Shown here: positions 1 through 13,277 of the stretch, in pieces | Layout of the letters: each line of letters begins with the position of its first letter | How positions within the stretch are numbered: position 1 is the first letter of the stretch | DNA from: Lytechinus pictus | Taxonomy: Eukaryota | Direction of reading: 5' to 3' | Assembly: GCF_037042905.1 (NCBI RefSeq) | Contig: NC_087251.1 | Location: forward strand, 48,548,001-48,612,000 | Length of the DNA stretch: 64,000 nucleotides | The notes under the pieces: model-generated | What the model saw: only the letters and a program-made list of their open reading frames with translations | Told to the model about the DNA's origin: nothing | Databases searched by the model: none | Program-made: the position numbers and the translations under genes

Positions 1-1631
1 AATGTCAACCTGTTTTGACAATTTTCAAAGAAAATCTCTAAACAGTTATCATTACAACTTGCTCATAAGATTTGTTGTTAGAATCAATATTTGGGATATC
101 AATGAATCAAGGGAATGGCGTTGAAAAGAAAGGAAATATAAATTTAAGCATAGAGTATTTCTGTATTTATTGGAAATGAAATAGCGAATATTCAATTTGA
201 GTTGTGCTCTACACACATTATATTCGACTAAACATGCCAAACATGACATGATGAAGTAAGTAAAAGAACTAACACATGTAGGCATATGCGGTAAATCGAT
301 GCAAATACTGATTAAAGTCAATATGTACACATTACAAATGACTTTTTATACAGTTATATATCTTTTGGCATTTTGTTCGTTTTCTTTGAATCAAAAGTAG
401 AAGTTCTGATTTGCAATATTTGTGGGTATGTTTATATCACCTTTCTTGCTATCCCGAACCTATATCCCTCACATCATTCTACCAAATACCCCAATCCAAG
501 TTTTAACATTTCGTCAAAATATTTTCAAGGTATATGTACATGTAGGCTGTATTTACCCCCCCCCTCAATCTCTCAGGTTTTTGTTGTTCAATCCCCCGTC
601 TCTTTGGTTTATACATACATCCCGCAACTGCACAATAACCATGATATTCAGCTGGCGGCAAAAATAGTCACATTCATCTTGTCAGCTTCAGACCTTTGGA
701 TAAAATGCAAATCGTCATCTCTTTATGACGTCATCCATGGAGATTGCCATGGCAACTTAGCGAATGTATACAGTTCATTGGCCATCATGAATACAATGAT
801 GAGAAATGGGTGAAAAGCAAGAAGAGGAGGTAACGTGAGAAATGGGGGATGTATAGGAGAAGTGTCGTTTCTTTGAGAGTGCGATGGGGAGGGGGGTAAT
901 TAAAGAGGGGTGTTGATTTGCACAGGTCGGAGCGCTCAGCATGTCGGCGACAGGGTGACACATGTAAAACAAACAGAAATCAGGTAAGGAAAATAATGTC
1001 TCAGCGCTGTGTTTCATGAAAGATGAATTGCACGACAGGGTTTGTGGGTAGGTTTTTTTTTTGTTTTTTTTTTGGGGGGGGGCGGAAGGAGAAATAGATA
1101 GGGACTGGCGCAGAGGATTGTCCTTTGTTCATGGGGGGAGGACATCTGTTGTTGCCCCCCCCCCCCCACACACACACACACACATATGATCCTCAGCCCC
1201 GCCGCCAATAGATAGGGAGATTAAACCTCTATTGAAGGGCCAAGTGGACTTGGAACATGTTTCACTGGCTTTAACTCAGGGGAGGGGGGTGACGAATGCT
1301 ACAGTCACAAAAACGAGGCCGATCAAACCAATGTTATTTCCAATGGCTTACCATCGGTTTGAAATCTATTTCGCTGGTCTGACCTTAGTATCATCATGGA
1401 TTTTCAAGCAATTCACGATGCCAAAGAATTTCGTTTACAGGGAAAAAAAATAAGCGACCAGTACGAATGCATTGAGAAGAATCTCACGGAGATGACTGTA
1501 AAATTATACTCAATGAGCTGCTTAAAACCTCAGACCCATATTCCCTCCCAGCCCATCATGGCGTCGACAAATCGAGGACAAAGAACGATTTGATGGAAAA
1601 AGTTCAGTATGTATACATACATATATATATA

Positions 1632-2023
1632 TTGTGAAAGAAATGGATGAAGAGAATAATGGTAGGCGTAGCTTAAATCAAGGTTCCCCAGAGCTATTTA
1701 CCCTTTTGGAAAAATTAGCAATGCCGAAATAATGTCTCTGCCGGGAATCAAAACCCACCTACACCCGACAAAGGAAATTATAATTGGTTTAGTGTCGAAA
1801 ATCTGTCTATCTGACGGTCAATCGGATCGGGGTCGCCCTAGCCACTAACCCGTCTCTGTGGTCTAGTGGTTAAGGCTCCGGCGTTCAAAACTGGGGGCCC
1901 GTGTTCGATTCCCGGCAGATACATTTTTTCGGCATTGCCAATTTTTCCAAAGGGCAGATAGCTCTGGGGAACCTTGATTTAGGCTATGCCTACCATTGTT
2001 CTCTTCATCCATTTCTTTCACAA
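1632..2023. mobile_element. Fold-back element with a tRNA-like (Glu-related) core at 1852-1923
   Basis: 1632-1756 is the reverse complement of about 1900-2023; cloverleaf-like segment with A and B boxes; adjacent to (TA)n. Confidence 0.75.
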
Positions 2024-2075
2024 AATATTTAAATAAAAGAGTTGCCAAAGCTGTTGTACGTGTATAATTTCACAC

Positions 2076-2078
<3 letters not shown>

Positions 2079-2130
<52 letters not shown>
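2079..2130. repeat. (TA)n microsatellite
   Basis: Directly visible. Confidence 0.95.
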
Positions 2131-2133
<3 letters not shown>

Positions 2134-3267
2134 GTTGAGTTGGCCTCGCCTCATCTCATTATGTTTAATATTCACAACTCAACAGCGATTGGTAGAAGTA
2201 AACTTATCATCACACTATATATATATATATATATATAGTAAGCATTACCTTCCAATACATGGCAGTCGTAACACAGCCATGACGGGGATGAAATAACACC
2301 AAAGTTTTACTTTATAGAATAATAAAGCTCAATTTGGCAGAACAAATTTATAATTCATGATTGCTGAAGAAGTTTATTAAGTGGCAATCTCACATGGGTA
2401 ATACGATTATACAGGAAGCAAACATATAAGAGTAGACACCCCCAGTTTTCTGTTTTCTAAAATGCCAATATTTCAAGTGTTCTTCGGTGTTTTAAAGCAC
2501 CAAATACCGCGTTCTTCGACGAAATGTATTAAAAAAACATATGAAACCCTATTAAAGCCGTTCGGGACAATTTGCTTGAATTCACTGTCACTTTACCAGA
2601 TTTACCCTCACTGTAAAACACAATTATATAAGCATACATTTGCATAACTTTCAGACAGATAAGATGTATATCTAAACCACATCCGCATATACTTTTTAAT
2701 CTGGTGCGATCTTATTTAGTTTGCTAAATGAACCGACCTCGAATTAGACAGAATGCATTTCCATATTTTCTTCTCCCGGAACAGAAGGCAGAACAGATAA
2801 TATCCGCGGGCCTAAACTTGATGCAAATGAAAGATTCTTATCAAATGAATGCTCATGCGCCTAAAGGCCAGGCATAAATTGTTTTTCCCCATCACAGTAT
2901 CATAATTTTAGTCGCAAAAGGTCAATTCCCTTTAATTGAAAAGATTGGCACATGGACCGTGTAGGGACATGGGGCCTGGTTATTCCTCAATGCCATAAGA
3001 TTCGATCCCTATACCGCTTCTAGTAAACCGTCTAGCAAAAAAATAATACTATATCAAACCACCTATATTATTTCATTATAGCACATTCATTCGATTCACC
3101 CAGGAAAAAACCAAGACTGAAGGATATCATGAATAAAACACAATTACAACAACAAAAATAACATAATTTCAGTTTTAAGGAAATAATTGCCGTTTTTGCA
3201 CTGCCTGCAAAAACTGGTACCCCTTTTAGTGGAGATATTCGAATGAGGATAATCTGCCAAGAACATT

Positions 3268-3458
3268 CCTAAAATTTTGGGCAACATACTGTCCACACAA
3301 CAATCGGTTAAATAATTTATCCAACTCTGGGTAGTTTTCAACCAATACTGTGTAGTTTTCACCCAAAGCACACATAATTGGTTTAAAACTATTCAGAATT
3401 GGATAAAGTTTTAACAGATTGTGTGTGGACAGTATGTTGCCCAACATTTTAAGAGTGT
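3268..3458. mobile_element. Small TIR MITE
   Basis: ttgggcaacatactgtccacaca / tgtgtggacagtatgttgcccaa inverted arms; right terminus ...AAGAGTG. Confidence 0.65.
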
Positions 3459-3794
3459 ACCATTTGAATTATTTCAATTTATAAGGCTTCGGGAGGTCTA
3501 CACAGTAGACTAGTCTGCTTGAATAGCATATACATTCTGTGCTTGTAATTGCTTATATAATATAAGATAATTTCTCATCTCCAATCTATATCTCTGGAAA
3601 TATGAACAACCAAATGCATAAAAAATAATTATTTACATTTTTCTATGTAACAGTAATTTATTTAATTGTAATACAATTCGGTCGTCTTTGGAGACGCAGA
3701 TGTGAATGCGAAAAAATAGGAGTTTACCATTAGAAAACAATTAATCATATGGCCAATCATCATGTTCATAATTTAGTTGTATTTCCCCCATTAA

Positions 3795-4190
3795 AGGTAA
3801 ATTCCAGTTCTGGTAACGATCTCAAAATGACTTTTTACAGAATCTAATATAATGACCACCCAAGTGTCTGTTTGTATGAATAAAAAAATATGTGCCAAAG
3901 GATTCTGGAAGAAATTGTGTAATTGCTGAGAAATAAGCAAAATAAGCGCGGATTCGGTCACTTCCGTCGGGTCTTTATTCCAGCAATAATAATACACTGC
4001 CCCACGTGTGCCTATCTGTGTTGGCGATCTTCAGTGTGATCGTATTTCAGCTTAGATTTTATGATTTCACAAAGTTCAGTTTATGTAACTGTACCAGATC
4101 TAGATCCACGATGATATAGTCATACTTAACCTTGGTTTTACAGACTTTCTCAAGAAATTAGTGTTTTACTGCAACTACTGTAATTTAGCT
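3795..4190. mobile_element. Kolobok-like MITE, family A
   Basis: TTAA|AGGTAAATTCCAGT ... ACTGTAATTTAGCT|TTAA; a second copy lies at about 58015-58409. Confidence 0.75.
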
Positions 4191-4356
4191 TTAAGACTTT
4201 CGATATGCAGTATCAAGACGAGATTCCAACAAGGTATTTCGAAAACTCATTCTAGGTTTGATCTTTTTTATGGGCGATCATGATAGTGTCGTCTTCAATT
4301 AGATAAAAAAAAAACTTCGTTTGAACAGCTGATGGCATGAGCAAACTTTGCATTAA

Positions 4357-4967
4357 AGGACAAGTCCATCCAAAAAATCTTATTTGAATAAAATGAGAAA
4401 ATCCAACGAGCAAAACACTGAAAATTTCATCAAAATCGAATGCAAAATTAATAAGATATTTATGAAATTTCAAAGTTTCACTTAATTTCACAAAACAGTT
4501 ATGCACATCCTGATCGGTATGGGAATGAGGAGACTGATGACGTCATCCACTCACTATTTATTTTGTATTTTCTTATATGAAATATTTTAATTTTCTCCTC
4601 ATTGTCAAGTGAAACAACGATTACATGTAATTCCTCGGTCCCTGAACATGTGGAATTAGCATTGTTTAATACTACATTATATGGTTCAAACAAGTTGGAC
4701 CGTATTGTAAAATCTGTAAAATAACATGAAATATTGTATAATTCAACGATAAAAAACAAAAGAAATAGTGAGTGAGGGACATCTTCGACTGTCTCATTTG
4801 CTTGTCACTGAAATGTGCAAATCACTGGTTTGTGAAAAATAAGTGAAACTTTAAAATGTCGTAACCTTCTTATTTTACATCCGATTTTTATGAAATTTTC
4901 AGCGTTATGCTAGTTTGAGTTTTCTCTATTTATTCAAATCAACATTTTTCTGGGGTGGACTTGACCT
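4357..4967. mobile_element. Kolobok-like MITE, family B
   Basis: TTAA|AGGACAAGTCCA ... TGGACTTGACCT|TTAA with long imperfect subterminal inverted repeats. Confidence 0.82.
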
Positions 4968-7900
4968 TTAATATATGTTGGTGCGTGTGTATGTCGTGGT
5001 TATTTCCAGACGTGAGTGTGTGTGTGTAGGGTGTATGTGTGTGTTTGTTAATGGGGGTTGGTGGGTGTATTTGAATGTATTTGTTGGTGTGTAACGTTAT
5101 AAGGGTATGTGTGCGTGATTTGTGCTTCAGCGGAATTTCAATCATTTTCCCTATACACAGAATGATGTAAAATAATATCACGTTTGTATCCTCCGAGAGA
5201 TATTCAATAGAAACAATATGGAGGCAGTGTCTTTAATTATACACGTGATCAGTGAGCGCATTGAATCGGCAATGGTAGCTTTGGTGTAGAAACAGTTATG
5301 ATGTCGTTAGTACCAGGTATGGTAAGGGGAAAATGAATTAAATTATTTATCTAATGGTGAAAGGAAAAGGAACGGCAATTAGATTTGAAAACGTGAAAAC
5401 ACATGATGTGTTTTGTTCCGAAACAGATATGATGGAAATTGTGCCAAGTTCGGCTGATGGGCGATATGGAGGCTTGCTGAATTGCTGATGAATTTAATCT
5501 GACTACAAGTAAGAGTTCCTGTATCAGTCTGTTTGATCTCATGTCTTTTTATAGGTTATCTTGAGACCGACACTGGCCAGATGGCTGTAAACTCGATCTC
5601 ATATCATACTTGAAGCATGACTCTTGTTCCTGCTAGCAATGTCATATGCAAAATTTGCTCCGGTATACTTTTTTCTCTCTGTCCTTACTTTAATGTGTAA
5701 ATGACAGCGGCCTTGCCAGACCATCTTAACAAACCTGTATTTTTCTTATATTTGTAATACTAGAATTCCATTTAACACGTACTATTAAGAACGATCACGG
5801 ACTTTTCATATCATCTATAAGCCATCCCAAGTCCTACCGCACACACTCACTCACCCTCACTTGAGCATGCACGCTTATCATTCCCTTACTTACACGCACA
5901 CATACACACACACATTCTTAAAGAGGGCGTGTGTGCGATGAGGTATAAACGAGGGATATAACTGTTATTAATATAATGCAGCGCATATTACATTTGAAAG
6001 TGTGTGTTAGAGAGAAAGAGAAAGAGAGAGAGAAAGGGATCGAGGGAATATTTATCTTGATGAACCTGAAATTGAGCATATGATAACATTCAACACCGAA
6101 CCTTGTTTTCGCCAGAAAACTAGACCAAATTGAATTATATAATTTTTATTTGGTGAAAATATACATTAAATGACTTTCGCGCCCAGCAAGCAAAAACTAA
6201 AAATGCGGTTATGGGAATGTCAGATTCGTGTTCATACATCTGATTCATATTTAACAATAAAATATGTGAGAATTGTGTACATTTCGTTTACCAGACTAGT
6301 GGTCAGGTGGTAGCAACGAGTAATTATTTTTTTTAAAGGTATTTTGCAATTATGTTACGATATTTTATTCATATCATTATGCAGTGTTTTAATGTAATTT
6401 CGATGGACACTTCTATTGTATAAAAATTTGTAATTCGGCACTTAGGCCGGAAGTGATTTTTGTTTGATAAACCATTTCCATTTTATCATAAAGGCATTTT
6501 TTCTGCTGGCGTCTTTGAACATTATCGATAACGAAAAAATATTCTTCATTTATTCACAATTTTCTATTTATTCTGTAAACTTTTCTTGTAAACTTTTCAA
6601 TTTTAGTCACAAACGGCATTTACTGTACATTCAGCAACCCCTTTCTCTTGACACTTGCAGTTTCTTTCCTTCTTCTTTTCTGTCCTATATTATACCATAT
6701 GTAGTTTTATGCTTATGTATATCTTATGTTTTATGTATTATGTTTATGAATGTTATTTTGGGCCATCCAACAAGCGTGATGAGCTTTCATTTGGTCCACC
6801 ACTATTTTAAAATGTGTTTGCATATTGCTTTGTATATATTTTAATTTTGTGGAAATAAATTAAACGAAATAATCAGAAAACATAATGATCAACACCGGTA
6901 ACCGTGCGCAGAATGCGTTTAAGGGGTTCGCTTTAATTTCTCCCACTGAGTGCGTCGTGTTTGCTATCCCACTTTCCCGCTTCTTTTCGTGCCAGTGGAT
7001 TAAAAGACTGGATAATGCAAAACGACAACGCATTCATGTTAGCCGTGCAGTGGCATGATATTTTCAGCTGACAATAATTTAAGAGCCAGATTTAGCTCTA
7101 TCTCTCTTTTAGTCTCCCCACTCTCCCTCTTTTGCTCCCCACTTTTCTTATTTTCCACATCTTCAGACTTCGTCGCTTTTTCTTCTTAACGTGTTGGTTC
7201 GTTGTTTTACCCTACTTTCTTTCTTCCACTTTTATAAGTTTAATCCGTTCTCCGTCAACGTTGTACAACGGTCGACCACGATATCCAAGCAGTGCAAGCA
7301 AAAAAGTAACTAAATATATGATTTTCGTCTGTATTTTCTAAGGTTTTGTCGGGGTAATTTCCCCTGGCAAATAAATTTCAGCTTAATGTTATATTCAAAT
7401 ACAATAAAGATAATTCGGTTGAAAAAATTGTAATATTGCTGTGCGGTAAGTTAAAAGACACTGGGTAAAAAACATCTATCTATTTATTTTATTTTATTTA
7501 TTTATTTATTTATTTCATCTCCAGGCAAGAAAGCATGACAGCAATAGAAACATTACAAAAGAAACCTAAAATTCATGAAAAGAATCCCCATATGAAAATA
7601 ACCATATATATAAAAAAAAACTCAAACTATTAAGAATTTAGGCTATAAACCAAGTATAAGGTATAAAGTATAATGCATTAAATCAATGAAGCATTTTTGG
7701 GGCAAATATTACCGAATGGGGACTGTGAGGTACACGTAGAGTTGTCCGTATAAACCTAGGATTGGTACCGAACAAGTGCACAATGAAATGCCAAATATTT
7801 ATTGAACCATTTTTTTCTTGAAGTGTGTAACAAAGACCATTGGATGTTTTTTCGAACCATTTCTACCAATCCACCGACCGATTTGCTTAATTGCTTTTCA

Positions 7901-8418
7901 ATGATCACAGTAATAGATGCTTGAATGAATCGATATCGTCTAAGTTTCAAATATAGTCATTTAAAATAGAATTCATCAGATTGATTTTCACTTAATTGTT
8001 TCTTTATTCGCTTTTAATGAAGTCTGTTCAGATTCCCGGCGATTTGCGATTTGAATTAAAAATATACATGTGGTGAAATAGAAAAGAAAATCGTTGACAT
8101 TTAACATTACTTTGTGTTTTCACAATGAATTTAAGTAATGGTGCCCTTGACTACCTTTTTTCATATCCATTTTAAAGTTCTCTGTATAGATGTAATACTA
8201 TCGCTCATCATCGCTAAGTCGACATCTCAGACTATGTCTAATTATGTATTAGTTTACACACAAAAAAATCACATATTGAAAATTGTATCGATTGAAAAAC
8301 TCTTGATTAAAACAAATCTGATAATCACGGTTCAACTTGATTTATTGTTTGTAGTCTTTATTCAAGAAAAATGCCCCACTTAATTTGACGATTTAGATAT
8401 ATAGGTCATTGATTTGAT

Positions 8419-8724
8419 ATAGAGTGTTTTCGCAATCGCGACGGGGACGGAACCTGCAACGTAGGAAATCTTGAAAAGGCCCGTCAAATCACAATGAACA
8501 GCCGAGAGGTCTTTGTCGAAAATTAGTGAACCGAGAAGGCTGATGGTCGTAAAATCCTACGCTGACGAAAATTGCAAATACGTCGTATGTCCTGAGTCTA
8601 GGACTAAACTGCTGTTGTTTTCCACCTATTTCAGAAATATATACTGCTTCGTCATAAATGGCTTTTGACAATAGATTTTCTATGTTGTAGAATCCGTCCC
8701 CGTCGCGATTGTGAAACTCCCTAT
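8419..8724. mobile_element. TIR MITE, unclassified (PIF-like?)
   Basis: Imperfect arms of about 60 bp: gttttcgcaatcgcgacggggacgga / tccgtccccgtcgcgattgtgaaac. Confidence 0.75.
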
Positions 8725-8804
8725 TATTATCGGTATACACCGATACCTGCACCTTTTTTTGCGTTAAGACGGACTGCATGCATATCCTTTCTCTTGTTTA
8801 ATGT

Positions 8805-9029
8805 AAAAGCTTAAATACTTCGTCAAGTCTCCTGCGTTCATTAAATTTTGTTAATGTTCCTTTTTTTATTATTAAAATGTGAAGTATATGCCCACATCAT
8901 TTTTTTTCTAATTATGTATTGTGTTTATATTGTATACATTATGAATTATTTTGTATATTACAAACAATGTAAATATTTTTGATAATGTATTGTGAACGCA
9001 GAAATAAAAATAAAACAAACAAACAAACT
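8805..9029 (+). mobile_element. 3' UTR fragment of the same LINE family as 35018-36846
   Basis: Matches the reverse complement of 35020-35250 (gtctcctgcgttcatt...gataatgtattgtgaacgcagaaataaaaataaaacaaac). Confidence 0.85.
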
Positions 9030-12000
9030 TGTCCATATTTTACTTACGTCATTTTGACTGTAGCCAGTACCTATAACGACCACGACCACACATGTTGTCA
9101 GTTCCTAATTTGCAATAGACACATAAATAAAACTTTGCGGGGCTTTAATTATTGTTGTCCTCTTGCATAAGGATCGCAGAACAGATTTGATAGTGCGGTG
9201 GGCTAAGCCGGAAGTGTGTGTGGGTGTGTGTGTGTGGGGGTGACCATGCAAAAATTAACAGCAGCTCAGTGGTTCATTTTAGGGTCCCTGTTGCGTGTTC
9301 ATTCTCTTTTGATGTATCATTATTCACGACTGCAATTGACCATAGAGCATGGATATATATATATACATATACACATCTTCTTGAAACTCGATTATTTAAG
9401 CGTCACAGGCGTACCTTTCGACAATTGCAAGCACCAACATGTTACGGCTAAATGAAGCGAAAACTGACTAAACAAAAAGCGATAATCTACATTTAAATAA
9501 GGCCCTTCATTACATTTGCTAGTATTAAGTGATGTAGGGTCTACATAATCAATTCCAACGTACATGGCATGTGACGTGCATATGGCGATAAAACGTGCCT
9601 ATATTTTAAAAAGTTTGGCAACCAACAATCAAACCCGGTTTGATCAAAATACATTTGCCTTGAATTTGGAATATTATTTTATTTAATTATTAAATGAAAC
9701 GCTGTTAACTAGGAATGACAAGGGTTGGGATAAAATATAAGTATATCCGTCCATGTGCCATTCCAGCTTAACACTTGGGAGGGGAGCTGGTGTTCAAAAG
9801 GCGCCGGTCATTACTGGCGAGTAGAGTTTACATTCAGTTAGCAAAGATGAAATACAAGCATGAGGGTTATTCAAAGGACGAATGATTGGATAAAAATATA
9901 TCGATATATGCAGCGGCGTAAAAGGGGTCGGTGGCCGGGGGGGGGGGGGGGGGGGCCAAGAGCAAAAATATTTACCCGGTCATATCATGGTATGACCAGG
10001 CATAATGGTGTAATGAGGCGACGAACAGGCGTAATGGTGTAATGAGGGCCAGATATTGCGTATCGGGCAGAATTTATCTTTAAAGAAAATTCATTCTTCT
10101 CTCTTTCTATTCCTTTTTTGTTGTGGTCTGTACCCCACTGTGAACAGGATTCTTTGCGACAGTAGCATGAAGAGTACAAAAAAAACGAGGGGCACAGTAT
10201 GGCGCATGTGCTAAAAAGCTGCTTAATATAAGTCCCGAGCGAGCGAAGCGAGCGAGAAAAAAATCGCATATTCATGAGAATCTAACTTTGAGATATTTTT
10301 TGACATTATATTCAGTAAAGAAAATCATATCCTTCACTTTTCCTTTGCTTTTCTTTCCTCCTTTTTTTTTGCTCTTGGTTGTAGAACTTTTGGGGCCATG
10401 GTCCAACCATTCCATACTCATATACGGCAGTGCAATGCGGTTGGGGTCTTGATATCAAAGCCATTTATTAAACCTCGCAGATTGCCGCTATTTTTAATCA
10501 GATCGCGGGTATATACATAATATAGCTTTTACACAGCACATTTTTTCAACCCAGTTGCGTAATGAACCACATATTTTGAGGGGACAAAACAAAGCAATGT
10601 GGGAACATTTGTAACAAGTCGCCAGCGAGCAAAGCAAGCTGCAAAAAAGTGCCTATTAAAATTAAATTCTAATTATATGATAGATTTTTCCATTTTATTC
10701 AGCAAATAACACATTTCGTTGTTTCCATTAATTTCATTATACGTTGTCTCCTATAATTATTTCCTCTTGGGTGTGGAACTAAGACCCCCCGCGCCTATAT
10801 GCCAGTGATTGAACGTAAAGCTTAATGTACATGTAGGAAGGGTCCCTACAGGGGGGGGGGGGGCGTTATAGAGCCATTTGAATGTTATAGATGAAGAGCC
10901 CCAACTGCGTGGGGTTTGGGGCAAAGCCCCGGTAGCTTATTTGCATAAAATTTAGCAAGCTTATAGCACAATGTTGTATACTGTCCATCTTTCTTCCCGC
11001 TCCTTACTTTCAATCCTCTGCAGCCCGGTCGTGTTATTAATTTTTTTTTTCTTGTCCCATTTCTTTGTTTTCCAATTTAGCTTTTGACTAATTCCATTTT
11101 ACCTTCGTTTCCCGCTATTGTTTGCCACCCATCATGCTATTGCATTACATAGGCCTTTTTCGGAATGATTTGTTCTTTCTCAAATGTTCTTCTTTCGTTC
11201 CTCTTCCCGCTTAATTCCTTCCTTTTTCATAAAAAAAAATCTTCGTTTTCTTTTCACTTTTCCTTTCCCTTTCCTTTTCCTCCATCCTTTTCCCCCTTCC
11301 TTCCCCTTTCCCTTTCTTTCTCCCTCCTTTTTCTCTTTTTCCCGTTTTTTAATTTTTCCGGTGAAATCCGCCAGGGGGGGCAGCTTGCCCCCCCCTGCCC
11401 CCCGCCCGTTACGCCACTGGATATATGGGCCTTTCTGTTTATTTTTTGCGGATGAATGTGGTCTGGGGTTCAACAGAGTCTCATCGCTGACAAGAAGAGA
11501 TGTCCGCTTGCGAAAGTCAACAGATACAAGTGAGAGGAGAAATGATAAAAGCATTAATTAATACGATAGAATAAGCATCTTCCCGTCTTTTAAGTCCGTA
11601 TACCAGGAATGGGGTCTCGAGATTATCCCCAGGATGGCTAGGGAGAACGCAAGGAAGGGATGAAACAAACCGAAATAATAGGAATTCTAATCCAAATGTA
11701 TACTGCATTTTTTTTCTTATGAGTTGATTTTGGTCATGTAGCTTCACTTCACACTCGTTTTAAATTACATCTCTCAACATTCACTTTTGGAATTAATTTT
11801 CCTTTTTCTATCACATTTTGTCTAAGAATATGAGTTAAACAGGGTCATCCAGAATAGCCCTATCTGGTTTTTTTTTATTGACGAATACAAAAAAACCATT
11901 TGATTTTGATTTAAAATCCCAGATCGCCACATATTCGAATTAACGCTGAGAAAGTGAATGGAGATATTTAGCACTTTAAAGACGATTAAATCTGTTGAAT

Positions 12001-12639
12001 TGTGTTTTTTATATACTAAACTATCTTTTAAAACTTGAATCCTTGAAAAAAAAAACAGAATATGCATATTTAGAAGACTGGTGATCGAAAATATTTAAAC
12101 ATGCAGAAGTATGTAAATAATAGGTTTATGATTATGTAATTTGTCCATGTTTATGTTTATATGTTTTCTATTAATCTACACGGGGACATTTTGTAACGGA
12201 AATTGTTCCCTAAGCGTGGTTATAATCTTTTTTTTCCCAAAAATTCTTGTCGAAGAATTTTGAAAGAAAAGGTGTTTCCTTGTAACCCCTCCCCCTCCAC
12301 GCCCTTACTGGTTAACCATTGGTTACTGGTTATCCGTTGGTGGGGCTAACGCTATTAACGCTAAGCATGCTGTTAACGTCATTGGTGCCAAATAATACAC
12401 ATAAACCCCGTAGAGAAAACATTGATCTGACATGTCTGAGTTAAATCCTCCACTCCCCTACGCTAATAAAGTGGCACATTATGGTTGAAATATTCGGGGG
12501 GAAAAGGTTGTGTTGAGATGGTTTAATGCTTAAGGATTTGTGTTTATGTTATAATTAAATTGATTGGTTTGTATTAAGCTTATGAATATTAACATATATA
12601 TTTTGTTAGAAATATTATGTTAATATATTATAATTACTA

Positions 12640-12838
12640 GGGCAATTCCATAAAATAATCCACCTTTTTGCACGTCCGACCCCCATTTTCTCAAGTTTTA
12701 CTTCACTTCATAAACTGACCAAGTCATGGTCATTTGAGAGCATTGCAGACTGTCCAAAGAACAAGAAATCAGAGACAGAAAATTTCATGAAGGTCCCACA
12801 TATAGGGAGTCGGATGTACATATTTTATGGAATTGCCC
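12640..12838. mobile_element. Short MITE with the same GGGCAATTCCAT termini (Sola2-like)
   Basis: GGGCAATTCCATAAAATA / TATTTTATGGAATTGCCC; flanks ACTA / ACTT. Confidence 0.72.
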
Positions 12839-13277
12839 ACTATTATTATTATCATTTTCATTATTGTTATTGTTGTTGCTGTTGTCAGTTTGTCCGTATG
12901 ACGTAGACAGTTGTATTGACTCCAAATATCGGTAAGTGCCATTATTGGATTATCATTCACACATGATGGAACACTTCCACGCCTTTGATATCAAGGAAAC
13001 CTTAAGAAAACAGGCCTAATTTCATACAGAACTTCGTACATCGCGTTGAAATGCCTTTGCAATAGCAAATCCCTTGGTATTTTCGCTTTAGACAGGCTTT
13101 GTCTCTGGGAGCCGCGATGCTAAAATTGTCAATTTGCCTAATCTATTCCCAATCTTCTAATTTGAGTAGCCTGCAAATGTTTTATGCGTATCCCATTGTC
13201 TCGAAAAATGGGGAGCGGTAACCCAAGGCGAGTATAGACAGTTTGAAGCGCAGTCTGGAAAAGAGAGACACAAAGAA

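Noticed and set aside
1232..1593. Two overlapping short + ORFs
   Set aside because: No recognisable domain and no convincing splice or start context.
1852..1923. Functional tRNA, possibly with a TCA (opal/Sec-like) anticodon
   Set aside because: Mismatches in the acceptor, anticodon and T stems, G at position 32, no long variable arm, and embedded in a repeat; best read as a tRNA-Glu-derived element head.
5190..5665. Cluster of + strand splice-like signals
   Set aside because: Stops in all frames of the middle segment and an implausibly short (~47 nt) intron.
6330..8000. Two highly decayed LINE 3' ends (+ at about 6330-6870, - at about 7480-8000)
   Set aside because: Suggestive tails and faint motifs only; too degenerate to support without a search.
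11165..11561. Overlapping Phe/Pro- or Lys-rich ORFs (likewise 24388-24814)
   Set aside because: Low-complexity pyrimidine tracts and a MITE end (gttacgccactg); no coding signature.
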